Of a stretch of 64,000 nucleotides of DNA, positions 1-12,608 are shown piece by piece (the first letter of the stretch is position 1; each line of letters begins with the position of its first letter). A model generated the notes under the pieces. The model did no database searches. It was not told the DNA's origin and was given only the letters and a program-made list of their open reading frames with translations. Made by a program: the position numbers and the translations under genes. This stretch comes from Eledone cirrhosa. Lineage: Eukaryota. The stretch covers positions 207,576,001 to 207,640,000 of the forward strand of contig OZ024741.1 of assembly GCA_964016885.1 (NCBI GenBank), read 5' to 3'.

Positions 1-1052
1 CATTCCTATAACCGCTTTGAAAATGTTACCAACTTTAATAGAGATAGTAAGTATTGATAAATTAGTGCATGCCTCATTACATTTTAGCCTACTAAAAACA
101 TTTATTTCACTGACATCGCCACAGAGAAAACTTTACTGCATACACTTTGTGCACGTTGTTCAAACACATAAAAATAAATTATTTTTGTATAAAAACTAGC
201 CTTCTGATATATTTTTTGAACCATTGGAACACTTCTTCAACATCTCCATCTTCCTAAAGTGGCAATCTTGCTAAAAAATGATACTGCCTACTATTGTCGC
301 ATTTGATTGGGTTATCATTGCTGCACGGGATTTAGATAACATTATATCATGTTATATAGTTACTAACACAACACGGGTTGATATGATGACAAAGGAGAGA
401 GGTAGAAATAAGAGGTTCTACATTACCTTGTGGAGAACGATATGAGACGTTCAAATAGCGATCGAATCGCTTGATGTTGAACTGACCTGGCTCAAACAAT
501 AAAGTTAATAGGCTATCACCATTGTTATTGTCGTTCCTATGGCTGATAGTTGTGGTGGTGATGTCAGTGGTGGTGATGGTTAGTGGTTCTTTATAGCAGG
601 AAATATCCAATTTGGCTTTGTAAGACGGACACAACGAAGAATAAATCCTTCCAAACCAAAAGAGGTCATCACTAGTAAATATTGTCGTGATGAGGTTGAG
701 ACATTTAAGTATGGTCTGGGCATGATCACCACCACACGTTTTGTTCACTGTTGTTGCTGTAGCAATTATATTGATTGTTGATACTGAAATGTAGACAAAA
801 CACAACATTAATTCTGAATGCTCTGCATGTGTGTGAGAACATTTACTTGCATACATGTGCTTTACCTCGTGTTCCCCGCCCTTTTCGGTATGTTCTCTGC
901 GTGTTTTTCTCTTTTTTTCCCTTTTTAATTTTTTTTTTCACTCTTTTTTTCCTTCCCCAATAACTTTCACAAGTTATTGACGCACTGGAGTTAGACATAT
1001 TGTCTTTAATGCATTGAAATATCCGTGACCTCCAGCAGACAATTGAAGAAGG

Positions 1053-1127
<75 letters not shown>

Positions 1128-1219
1128 ATAGAGAGAGAGAGAGAGAAAGAGAGGGGGAGAGGGGGAGAGAAAGGGAAATAGAAAAAGAGATAGAATATAC
1201 ATGGTATAATGGGAATAAG

Positions 1220-1590
1220 AGACAGATATCAATAAATAATTTTATTATTGTCTATGATCTCTTCGATTCTGTACTGGATGCTCGTATTAAGAGGGGTGGG
1301 AGGGTGCTAAGCTGTCAACTGATCACCATCTAGTTATCTGCAACTTGCGACTACCTAAAACCAAAGGAGCCCACAAAACTGGCAGGTCCATGGCGACCTA
1401 CAGGATAGAGTGGGAAGCATTGGTGGATGAGGATGTCAGATACTATTGCATCAAAATTCAGAGAACTCCCGGAGCAAACTGAGGACGTTGAGATAGAGTG
1501 GAGATTGTTCAGCGCAGCAGATTCTGCTTCAGCTGCTAAATGCTGCGGTCGAAAAACGGCTTGGTGAGGCGCCAGATGGCAGGAGGATCC
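1220..1590 (+). mobile_element. Degraded RTE-type LINE fragment (end of APE endonuclease and linker)
   Basis: Translates across frameshifts to ...FIIVYDLFDSVLDARIKRG..LSTDHHLVICNL, resembling the C-terminal SDH motif of LINE AP endonucleases. Confidence 0.5.
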
Positions 1591-1600
1591 CTGAGAAAAT

Positions 1601-1609
1601 CATCACCAC

Positions 1610-1646
<37 letters not shown>

Positions 1647-1647
1647 G

Positions 1648-1684
<37 letters not shown>

Positions 1685-2060
1685 TTTACGTCCGCTTTTC
1701 CCTGTTTGCAAGGGTGGGACGGGTCCTATTCAGCACAGCATCTCTCCACTTGTCATGGTCCTTCGTCATCTCCACCGTGAGCTTCAGCGATCTGAGGTCT
1801 GTTCTCACCACCTCCACCATGTTTTTCGTTGACTTCCTCTACTACGTCTTCCTTCAACTGGCATTTCTTGGCACTTCTTCACTCATCGGTCATCCTCCAT
1901 GCGCATCAGATGTCCATACCATCGCAGTCTCCTCCCTCGCACACTATAATTTATCCCTCTCAGACAGAGTTTCTCTCTCAACACATATTCCACGCACATT
2001 GACATTGCACATCCAACAGAGCATACTTGCCTCAATTCTCTCCAGCCGTCGCAACAACAT
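1601..2060 (-). mobile_element. RTE LINE 3' fragment with (GAT)n tail
   Basis: Reverse complement of the 3' end of the element at about 4165-4570 (ttttacgtccgcttttccctg vs cagggaaaagcggacgtaaaa); (CAT)n array on the + strand. Confidence 0.8.
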
Positions 2061-2265
2061 CAAATATCAGCATGGGGGCATATCAATGAATCGAAACAGA
2101 AATAAGCTTTATTTTTTCTTTATATTTTTCTGGGTCTTTTTCTGTTCAACATCTAGCAGTTTGATGAGGTCATAACTGTGGCATAACAGTTATCACCGAA
2201 ATATATATAACAGTGATTATGATTAAATAAAGTGAATTTTAACCTGTTCACTTGTACTTCATGAT

Positions 2266-2306
<41 letters not shown>

Positions 2307-2308
<2 letters not shown>

Positions 2309-2425
2309 GCGGAGGTGGTGAGAGCAGACCTCAGATCGCTGAAGCTCACGGTGGAGATGACGAAGGACCGTGACAAGTGGAGAGATGTTGAATAGGACCC
2401 GTCCCACCCGTGCAAGCAGGGAAAA
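2307..2425 (+). mobile_element. Short RTE 3'-end fragment
   Basis: Near-identical to 4411-4530 (gggcggaggtggtgagagcagacctcagatcgctgaa...gcaagcagggaaaag); follows a (TA)n tract. Confidence 0.75.
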
Positions 2426-2539
2426 GATAAGTGTCATTTTATTTCTTGTTATATACAAATTATGTTCAAATAGTATGTGTAACAACAGTTTGTACGAAAA
2501 GGGTCCGTAAAGGTAGCTGCATATTTGTTATTTATATTT

Positions 2540-4570
2540 GTATGTATGTGACTGGCAACGGTGTATGCTAACCCCTCCCTCGTGAACATATCATAGAACA
2601 GACAAGGGGCGGACGGAGGCTCCGTAAGCCGCAATGTAGGCAACTCGTCTAGGAGAGCTACCACTCCGAATAAATTGGTGCGGGGTAGAGAAGTCCCCTA
2701 AGTCCAGTAAGACAACTTCCCTAGTGCTGGTGGCACGAATAAAAACACCCAGTCCATTCTGTAAAATGGAGGGGTAGATAGGGTCCTTGATCCCAGTAAG
2801 ACGACCTCTCTAGTGCTGTGGTGGCACGAATAAAAGCACCCAGTCCATGCTATAAAATGGAGGGGTGGTTAGGGCTCCTGAGTCCAGTAAGACGACCTCT
2901 CTAGTGCTGGTGGCACGAATAAAAGCACATAGTCCATGCTGTAAAATGGAAGTGTAAAGAGGGCCTCTGAGTCCAGTATGACAACCTCTCTAGTGATGGT
3001 GGCACGAATAAAAGCACCCAGTCCATGCTGTAAGTGGTGCTGGTGTTAGGAAGGGCATCCAACCAGTATAATAAAAAGTCAAAATTATGAGCACAACAAA
3101 TAAGAATTGCAACAACTGCGTCAACAGAAATAATACTAACCATGTTAGGGCTGCGCGCGATAGTGTGGTGGCTAGTGAGGTCATGTGCGAGAATCCCCCG
3201 ACCGTCATCAAGCAATCGCACAACAGGAAAAAAACGGGATGGCGCATCTCAGAGTTTCCGCACTTAATGTTGGCACTCTAACAAGTAGATCTGGTGAGAT
3301 TGCAGAGATGCTGGAGAGAAAGCATGTGGATGTGTGCTGTGTGCAAGAGGTGCGATAGAGAGATGCCTCTGCAAGACTAATCGCAGGCAAACATCGTAGT
3401 TATAAGCTTTTATGGGTGGGTAATGATGATGGGTTAGGTGGGGTGGGCATATTACTGACTGAGAGATGGATCGATAAGACAATAGAGGTAGTTAGAGTTA
3501 GTAATAGAATAATTAAGCTTAGGTTAGTTGTAGGCAAGAGACTACTGACAATCATCTCTGCCTATGCTCCCCAGGCAGGCCTAGGTAAAGAAGAGAAAAA
3601 CAGCTTTTACGAGCAACTTTTACAGACAGCCTCAATGACAGAGGACAGAGACATCGTTATGCTAGCAGAGGACTTCAATGGCGTTGATAAGTAGAAGAGA
3701 GGACAATACTCTGATTCCATCAGGGAAATGGCCATGTTCGATATGTAGGAAAGGAACTGGCATAAATTCCATAAAATGTACGCAATGCAGATCTTGGGTG
3801 AACAAGAGATGTAGTGGGATAGTAGACAAACTAACAGGTAGGGAAAACTACGTATGCAGTAGAAGTACAGGGAAAGTTGGCAGTAGTAATCGTTGTGATA
3901 GACTCATTTTTCCAATGCGGATGGGTTCTATAGAAGTGGTTGATAACTTCCGGTACCTAGGTGATCAGATTAGCACGGGAAGGGGGGGGGGGTTCCGAGG
4001 CCATAGTATCTAGAATAAAGACGGGTTGGAAGAAGTTTCGGGAGCTGCTCCCTCTGTTGACAATGAAGGGTTTCTCCCTGCGTACGAAAGGACGGTTTTA
4101 TGATGCCTGTGTGAGATGCGCGATGCTGCATGGTAGTGATACATTGGCAGCAACTGCAGAAGATATGCGACGGCTGGAGAGAAATGAAGCAAGTATGCTC
4201 CGTTGGATGTGCAATGTCAATGTGCGTGAACGACCAAGCATAGACGAGTTGAGAGAGAAACTGGGTATAAGAGGGATAAGATGTGGTGTGCAGGAGAGAA
4301 GGGTGAGATCGTATGGACATGTGATGCGCATGGAGGATGGCCGATGGGTGAAGAAGTGCTAGGAAGTCCCAGTGGAGGGAAGACGCAGTAGAGGTAGATC
4401 ACGAAAAGCATGGGCGGAGGTGGTGAGAGCAGACCTCAGATCGCTGAAACTCACGGAGATGACGAAGGACTGTGACGGGTGGAGAGATGCTGTGCTGAAT
4501 AGGACCCGTTCAACCCTTGCAAGCAGGGAAAAGCGGACGTAAAATGATGATTATGATGATGATGATGATG
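2540..4570 (+). mobile_element. Internally deleted RTE-clade LINE (5' UTR, APE N-terminus, Cys-rich finger, RT C-terminus, (GAT)n tail)
   Basis: ORF 3416-3694 has APE motifs (GGVGILL, ISAYAPQ, EDFNG); 3678-4013 has WPCSIC..CTQC..KRC then FRYLG; 3961-4362 has WKKFRELLPLL..YDACVRCAMLHGSD..MLRWMC..YGHVMRM; ends gtaaaa(tga)n. Confidence 0.85.
2701..3060 (+). repeat. Four tandem ~90-bp units in the RTE 5' region
   Basis: Units start near 2701, 2791, 2881 and 2970; consensus agtccagtaagacgacctctctagtgctggtggcacgaataaaagcacccagtccatgctgtaaaatgga. Confidence 0.9.
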
Positions 4571-4595
<25 letters not shown>

Positions 4596-4601
<6 letters not shown>

Positions 4602-4663
4602 TAAAAGGAATTCCAATTAATATAATCTTCTATACACAATCATACACACCCGTGTATATTTAC
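4596..4663. repeat. Short version of the fold-back module at 15418-15630
   Basis: tattaataaaaggaattccaa plus ttaatataatcttctatacacaatcatacacacccgtgtatattta; both parts recur at 15421 and about 15586; follows (TA)n. Confidence 0.75.
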
Positions 4664-4757
4664 CTACATATATATCTATATATATATGTATGATGACAGA
4701 TCGGGGTACCCTATCAAAGGCCTTCTCTAGGTCAACAAAAGATGATGATGGTGATGA

Positions 4758-4832
<75 letters not shown>

Positions 4833-5199
4833 TTACTAGAGGCATAGGTGAGCAGTTATCAACAATATTTTCATTCTGTTGTACACACCCAGACGCTGAT
4901 GGATGTCAACTGCATTCATTCGGCTGTTGACCTTTGACAGTTGGTGTATGGCTATCTTCTCTCGGGGACATTTCCTGGTCTACTAATTATAGGGAGGTTA
5001 CGGTAGCTGCCAACGTCTCTAGGTGGCCACAACCTTCACACAGGAAAAGTGACTGCAATTCTGGCGCAAAGTGATATTCCACTAACGACACCCCATCTGA
5101 TGTAAATTAATAGTTTTTGCCGGCTTCTAAAAGGAGAAATTCGTTCCCATCTACAATGTCATAGCTAGCATCACATACTAAAAGCTAACACATTTGGAG

Positions 5200-5375
5200 T
5201 AAGGGGTAAGTTGATTATACCAACCTCAGTTCTTTACCGGTACTTTATTTTATCGACACCGAAAAGATAAAAAGCACAGTTGATCGCTGCAAGATTTGAA
5301 TTCAGCACGTAAAGGGCCGAGACTAATTGCCGCAAGTCATTCTATCGAAAGGTCTACCGATACTTCCAATTCTAC
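5200..5375 (-). mobile_element. SINE copy (abundant family)
   Basis: ggtactttattttatcgacaccgaaaagataaaaagcacagttgatc..gatttgaattcag is the reverse complement of the recurring SINE core. Confidence 0.7.
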
Positions 5376-6049
5376 CAAAAATACCATGAATTCACAAGGA
5401 ATCATGAATTAAACAACGGTTCTCAACATATTACGGTTACTGTAAAATGATAATCATAATATAATAAAGTGGGGAGTGCGGTACTGTGTCCTGAATATAT
5501 TTTTTTATCTCGTTAGTAAAATAAGTTAAATTACTTTGAATAAATAATGAATGAATATTAAATAATTTATGTACTAAATTTCGTAGTTGTTGATTAAACA
5601 TAAATATTCTTATATATAATGATTGCTTATTTTAAGATTCACTTCTTTTAAAATTTTCAAATGTAAATACTTCCGGTACTAACGGACGCTATATCACATA
5701 TTGCTTATAAAAACGGTAATATATTTGCATCGTTAAATCATAGCATTTATATTTCTGTCGCTAATTTTCTCCTCTTTCGTTTTCATTACATTTCACTGGA
5801 ATGCAGTTTATATATGATATCGTCTTTTTTAAATGTATCATGGATTACTTTACTGATTACAGAAGTCAGTGTAACAGAGTCTCTCTTCAATTTCTGTGCA
5901 TATTGTCAATTAAGATTTTATTTGAAGTATATTTGCGTATAATATCAATATATACACTACATATGTTAGCAGAAAACCACCTTTTCTGCTAGTATATTTA
6001 ATTTCTGTAAAATATAAATGAAGTAAAAATGAATATAAACTCTGAATGT

Positions 6050-7500
6050 CAACTACGACGCAGAGGGCTGTACAGCCCCCGTCTCGGGCGTGCGTTCCAT
6101 TCTCCGCCAGGTGCAGGTGACCTCGAAAGAGGATGTCCTCATCCTCGTGTCACCGATCCTCCTTCCAGCCATCTGCTCCACCATAAGGTCCAGGCTCCAC
6201 CAGCTCACTACCCTCATGAGCAGACTGGGCTTAATTGACGCTCATCCAGCCCTCTTCCTGTTGAAGAACTGTTGCGCCATACTGAAGCATCTCTACACGC
6301 TTCGTAGTGATCCTTGCATGTACAGCCACGCATCTCTCCTCACTGACATCGATACTTGTATCCGAGTGGCAGCTGAAGAGATATGGAACGTTTAGTTTGA
6401 CGACTTTGAATGGTAACAGGCTACCTTACACGTTATAAATCGTGGATTTAGTCTGAGATCACCGTTCTCGTTGGCTTTGCCGGCGTTTGTTTCGTCGGTA
6501 ACCTCTTGCCGTATCCTCATACACAGGGTTCTCTATAACACAACGGAACCCACAGTGATCGAGGAACACGAGACCGCTCTGCGAAACTTAGAACCGGCTC
6601 GGACTCCACCCAGTAGACGTCCCTTCACCTCATCCCCCTGTTGACGACAAATCCCCACAGATGGGATGCCATCCAGTGCGGCATGGCGTCGGACAGGCTA
6701 TCGCACCAGTTCGACCAGCACAGCCTCACATGTTTTTGCTCGGCCTCGAAATTCCACGGCGGTGCCTTGCTCAATGCTTTACTCTCCTTTTTGGTTGGTA
6801 CGCAGCTGGATAATGATAGCCCGTGATTTGGAGTTTCCCTGAGGCTCGGCCTCCGGACCTGCGAGCCACACAAGTGTCGTTGAGGATCCACTGTTGACTC
6901 TTTTGTTCCCCACCCGCTGTTCTGTCGCTGCAGTGCGGGTCGCCTGCCATGCCAAACTGCTCTCAACGAGATCATAAAGCATGGCTTGGATGCTGCAGGC
7001 TTCCCCTCCCAGCTCGAATCGGTGTGACTGGACTGAAGGAACGATCAAATGCCAGACGGCATAACCACCTTCCTGATCCGCAGTGTTAAACCCCTCATCT
7101 GGGATGCCACATGCAGTGACTCTTTCTCCAGTGGCAACCTGGTACAGTCTGTGACTAACCCAGGTTTTGCTGCACTTCGGGCCGGAGAGTGTGAACTCTA
7201 CAAATATCGATCGCTCTCCAACAGGTTTGCGGTCGAGCCCGTAGCAGTGGAAGCTTCTGGTGTCCTTGGCTCTAGGACCATCTCCCTACTCACCACCATC
7301 GGCATAGAGTTGGCTACCCGCAGGTGTGAGACTCGCGAGCTGGAATGGCTCTTTCATCGCGTCTCCCTCGCCATCCTCCGGGGGACCGCCTTCTCTATTC
7401 TGTCCACCGGGGCCACGGGGCAGCCAGCGCGTGGACTCCCGCCTGCGTAAAATAGTGAGAGATGAGGAGAGCGTGAGAGACGGAGGCTGTGAGTGAAAGA
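6050..7500 (+). mobile_element. Degraded RLE-type non-LTR retrotransposon (CRE-like), 3' half
   Basis: LRLGLRTCEPHKCR zinc-knuckle region, then PDGIT..LIWDATCSDSF..KYRSL..PVAVEASGVLG..RVSLAILRG restriction-like endonuclease motifs (7049-7450); many stop codons. Confidence 0.75.
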
Positions 7501-7741
7501 GAGCGAGAACATCAGCACACACACGAACTATCAGCACCACCAATATAACCACCAACACCAATAACAACAACACCATCACGTAAACTCTACTTCTTAGAAC
7601 GTAAAAATATTTTGGCCGCCGTCTTCTAGCTTTGTTAAAATATATAAATAACTTTATTTAATGCATCTTTTTATTTCAATGTCACAAAATATTTTTTATT
7701 TGTTCTAAAACCTGCTGTGAGTATACAAAAGGTTTGGGACT

Positions 7742-7915
<174 letters not shown>

Positions 7916-7924
7916 TGCATATAT

Positions 7925-10900
7925 AGTACGTATATTTGATTGTATATGTTATGGTGTATATATTATATATTCTGGTACATATGCTTTTGGTTATGTGAAT
8001 ACGTGAGTTTCGCGTCTGTGTGAGTATGCGGGTTCGTACGTATTAAGGGTGTCTGTATATGTGTACTTTGTGTTTTGCTTGACGTACGTCTCCGAACATA
8101 TATGTATTTATATGTAGGTATGTGTGTGCGCTTGTTATATACGTATATATTTATTTATTTACGTTTATTTAATTATATTTACACACACAAACATATATAT
8201 ATATATATTTTTTTTTTCAATATATATTTTTATGTGTATTTGGTGTATACATTCGTATGAGTGCGGGTACAGGCATTGCATCGGTTCTGTATGTGCGTGC
8301 GGGTTTTTTTTTGTGTACGTTCGTGTATTTGTATACCTATGGCGAGTATTTTCGCGTATGCTTGTGTATGTACGTATATGGATGCGTGTATGTATTTATT
8401 TAATTTCAATTACCTCTGTATTTTATTTACTTTATTCTTAACTCTGAAGCCGAGAATCATTCGGTTTCCTAGTTAGAATTTTAGTCTACGACTTCAGTTA
8501 TACCATTTACGTGGTTTTGTCTTTGCGTGCAATTGTTCTCCTCGCTCCACATATGACCTATTATCTTCGTTTTTTTCGTTTATTGCCAGAGAACGTCTCT
8601 ATGAACCACCTAATAGAATATTAGTCTACGACTTCTTTTATACCATAAACGTCGTTTTGTCTTTGCGTGTAATTGCTTTTCACCGCTCCAAATAGTGACG
8701 TATTATATTCGTTTTTTCCCGTTCTTTGCCAGGGAACGTTTCCACGAACCAAAGTATCGTCTTCCTGTCTTCCTCCGGTTGCAACGTTTTTTGAAATATT
8801 CACCTCTGCATTCACAGATTGACTTTGTTAGTTTCAGAAGATCCCGTTAAGGGTGAAAGCAGCGATTCTTTGCTTAAACTTTAATCTCTTATTTTAATAA
8901 ATATTTGCTCTACGGTTCTTATATATTTGATATATATTTATCCTTATCGAGCCCTCTTTGGATTTTAGTCTTCAAATTTATTATTATTACTATTTGGCTC
9001 CCTCGGTTGAGCACTCTATTGACTTATATTCATCATGCAGAAACAACATCTGAATATTTCTACAAAGAACATACTCATACCAAGCAGGAAAACATACCTA
9101 AAACTCCTGATACAGAAAACAGACTCGTTCATTAAAACGTTGCGTTGGCATGCCTTTTATTTCGATAATCAGGGAAGAGCGGACAACAAACAAGATAAAT
9201 TTGGGTTTAAAATCTACAATAACCCTCCGAGTAACCCAGCATTGCTACCCTTCGAAAGTGACGTCTTGGAACTCATACGCAGTATCAAATTTCGGAATAG
9301 GAGCAGCAGGACCTGAAGAATAGAATTCGTTCTATTAAGGATTCTAATGCCGTGCACGTCCATTCCGACAAAACTGGCAATCTATATCAAGTGGAGCGCA
9401 GTACTTACCATCAACTGCTACATAATGCTGTAACTAAGGATTACCGTAAAACTAATCGGAGCGTCATGAATGAAATCAACGATACTGGGTTTAAAATCAC
9501 CTCTGATCGCAACATCCCGGACCGGACTGAATCTCTGGATCCTATTTCTCCCCACTTTACCTCGAAGGATCACAAATCCAATTTTCCAAACAACCCCTCT
9601 ATTCGGCTTATTAACCCTACGAAGTCCGATTTAGGTAGACTTTGTAAATGGATTCTTGTTAGAATTATACCTGAAATTAGAAGTTTGGTCCCTCTTGCAC
9701 TGTGGAACAATTCTTTCGCGGTGATTGATTGGTTCAACGGCATATGTAACAAGGAACATTGCCGTTTTTCCTAATTCGACATCAATAATTACTACTCCTC
9801 CATCACTTTACCACTTCTCCTTAGAGCTATCAATTTCGCTAAAACACTCACAGTGGTTAAGGATTTCGAAGTTGATGTCATCCTCAATGCTCGTAAGTCG
9901 GTGATTAATTTCGACGACTCTATTTGGATTAAAAAAATCTAATAGTACCCCATTCGACGTGAGTATGGGCGCCAGCGATTCTGCGGAGGTTACTGATCTT
10001 ATCGGCCTTTTCCTTCTTTTCTCTATCCAGGAAGAATTCTCCAACGTGGGCGGTGATTTGTACCGTGATGACGGTCTTTTGACCGTGACAAAGTGCGGCC
10101 CACGCATTTGCGACAGGTTCAGAAAAGAACTCACAGCCTTCTTTAAAGGCTTCAACCTCTCTATACAGGTTGAAGCCAACCTCTCGGTCGTTAATCACCT
10201 CGACGTTACCCTCAATTTATCGAATGGCTTGCATAACCCGTATAGAAAGCCGAAAGATACGCTTAATTACATAAGTAAGCATTCTAACCATCCTGCCATC
10301 ATAACCAAGAACCTGGTAAGAAACGTTTCTTTGAGACTTTCCCGTCTATCTACTAACGAGCATATTTTCAACGACCATTCCACATATTACAATGAAGCTC
10401 TTGCTCGGAGTGGATTTGTCGATAAGGTAGCATATACAGAGTACGAAAATAGACCTAGAAGAAATAGATCCCGACGCATTATATGGTATAACCCACCATA
10501 TAATATGGAGGTGACCACACCATTAGCTAAGATCTTTCTCTCTTTTATTATGAAGCATTTTCCCCCTACACATAAATATAGTAACATTTTTAATAGAAAT
10601 ACTATTAAAATATCTTACTCTACGACTCCTAACCTTGCACATAACATCACAGCTTCAAATTTAGCTAAACTACCTAGCCGTAGGAACACGTGCAACCCTG
10701 TAGTTAGTACTAACTGTAATTGTAGGAATCGGGTTGACTGCCCCCTATCCGGGAAATGCCTCTCTAGCAACATTGTCTACACATGTAAGGTTGAAACACC
10801 CACGTCCCGTAGGGCCTACATAGGGTTAACCGCCAATAGATTTAAAGCAGCGTCTTTACATGCACACCTATTCTTTTCTTAACCCTTTAAGAAGGAATAT

Positions 10901-11500
10901 GACGTCACTTTCAGCTTATATCTGTAGTCTAAAAGACAACCACACCCAATATAAGTTACACTGGGAGATCCTAGCTAGGGCTAGATCGTATAACGGAAAT
11001 AAAAGACCATGAGACCTCTGCGCCGCTGAAGCCCTGGAAATACTCTACGCCAAAGACCACATGTTAAACAAAAAATCTGAGGCAATTTCGGCTTGTAAAC
11101 ATAAATTCACAATACTTTCCTGTATTACAGCCCCACATTATACGATAGTACGAACTATACGCGGATATTTTACGTCTTGATGTGGTAGCTAAGTTTATGT
11201 TATGTTTATACCATTACTTATTTGTATAGGTAAGTATATATTACCTCTATGTTTTGTGAAGGTACGTATACTTTCTCGTACTTATATTTGATTGTATATG
11301 TTATGACGTATATATTATATATTCTAGTACATATACTTTTGGTTATGTGTATACGGGAGTTTCGCGTCTGTGTGAGTATGCGGGTTCGTACGTATGTAGG
11401 GTGTGTATATATGTGTACTTTCTGTCTTGGTTGAAGTACGTCTCCGAACATATGTGTAATTACATCTAGGTATGTGTGCGCGCACTTATATACATACATC
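7925..11500 (+). mobile_element. Penelope-like element family A (Naiad-like), copy 1, with direct pseudo-LTR
   Basis: About 7927-8145 recurs as a diverged direct repeat at about 11278-11500; begins after (TA)n; encloses the RT/GIY-YIG pseudogene; homologous to 61582-64000 (-). Confidence 0.85.
9035..11125 (+). pseudogene. Disrupted PLE RT-GIY-YIG ORF (family A)
   Basis: STKNILIP..LRWHAFYF; KDHKSNFPNNPSIRLINPTKSDLG; MGASDSAEVTDLIG; LYRDDGL; WYNPPY; CNCRNRVDCPLSGKC; IVYTC..AYIG. Several frameshifts and stops. Confidence 0.9.
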
Positions 11501-11589
11501 TAGCTGTCGAAACTACCGGAGCTCAGTCGTTGGTGTCCTGGCTCTTTCCCTATACTTGGTTGACCATCGTGAACGATGATGACATCTTC

Positions 11590-12330
11590 TTTAATTTAGT
11601 TCCCGTCTGCCGTGGGCACGAAGGTGGTTGTGTAGGCCGATCCTTGACTTGCAGGTCCGAGGACAGTGGAGGCAGGGGAAGAGACTGGAGTCGCTTGAGG
11701 CAGGTGTTGATGCCTTTCTCCACCTTTCACGGGCCTCAGTGACCTCTGCCCGTCTCTTCTCTTCAAAAGAGTCCTTGACGCGTCTGGTAAGGGCTCGCCA
11801 CTCAGTCCTGTCCTGAGATGTTTTGGGGCGATTCAAATTTTGGTGATATTGGACTTCACGCAGTCTTTGAATCTCTTGAGAGGACTGCCCCGCTTTCATT
11901 TCCCCGAACAGAGTTCTCCATACATCAGTTGCTTCGGAAGCCTGTGATTGTCCATCCGGATGACATGTCCCACCCATCGAAGTCGGCTCTTCTGTATCAT
12001 AGCTTCGACACTGGTTGTCTCAGCTATGTCAAGAACTTCGAGGTTGGAGACCTTGTCCTGCTATTTGATGTTCATGGTTGACCGCAGACTGCGCATGTGG
12101 AACCGTTCCATAGAGGAGGCTGGTGAGAACAACGGCCCTGTACACCTTGAGCTTGGTGGACTGCCTGATGTTGTGCTGGTTCAGGACGCGTGTCCTCAGG
12201 CGGCCAAAGGCTTGACTGGCCTTGCAGATCCTGGCATTTATCTCCTTGCCGAGGCTTCCATCGCTGCTGATGACACTGCCGATGTACTTGAAGTCGTCCA
12301 CCGTTTTTAGCTGTATGGCAATCATTCAGA
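11590..12330 (-). mobile_element. RTE (BovB-like) LINE 3' fragment
   Basis: FKYIGSVIS..ARICKASQAFGRL..TKLKVYRAVVLTSLLYG and the C-terminal C2H2 finger FPCLHCPRTCKSRIGLHNHLRAH. Confidence 0.85.
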
Positions 12331-12433
12331 CTAGATTTGTAAAGTGTGGATAGCTTCCTTCTTGCCAACAGTGTCTAGGGCCTGGGAAGGCTCATGCGCA
12401 CTGCCATTGCTCTCCTTTGAAAAAGCGATTGGT

Positions 12434-12446
12434 AACAACAACAACA

Positions 12447-12509
<63 letters not shown>

Positions 12510-12525
12510 ACTGCTGCTGCTGCTG

Positions 12526-12605
<80 letters not shown>

Positions 12606-12608
12606 GCT
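12434..12608. repeat. Compound trinucleotide microsatellite (CAA)n(CTA)n(CTG)n(CTA)n
   Basis: Directly visible in the sequence. Confidence 0.95.

Noticed and set aside
200-856. 169-aa minus-strand ORF and a possible 60-nt exon (about 428-487, ending caag|gtaatg)
   Set aside because: No recognisable domain, and I could not build a consistent splice path to neighbouring candidate exons.
2701-3060. CRISPR-like appearance of spaced repeats
   Set aside because: The whole units are homologous with no unique spacers, the context is eukaryotic and there are no cas genes.
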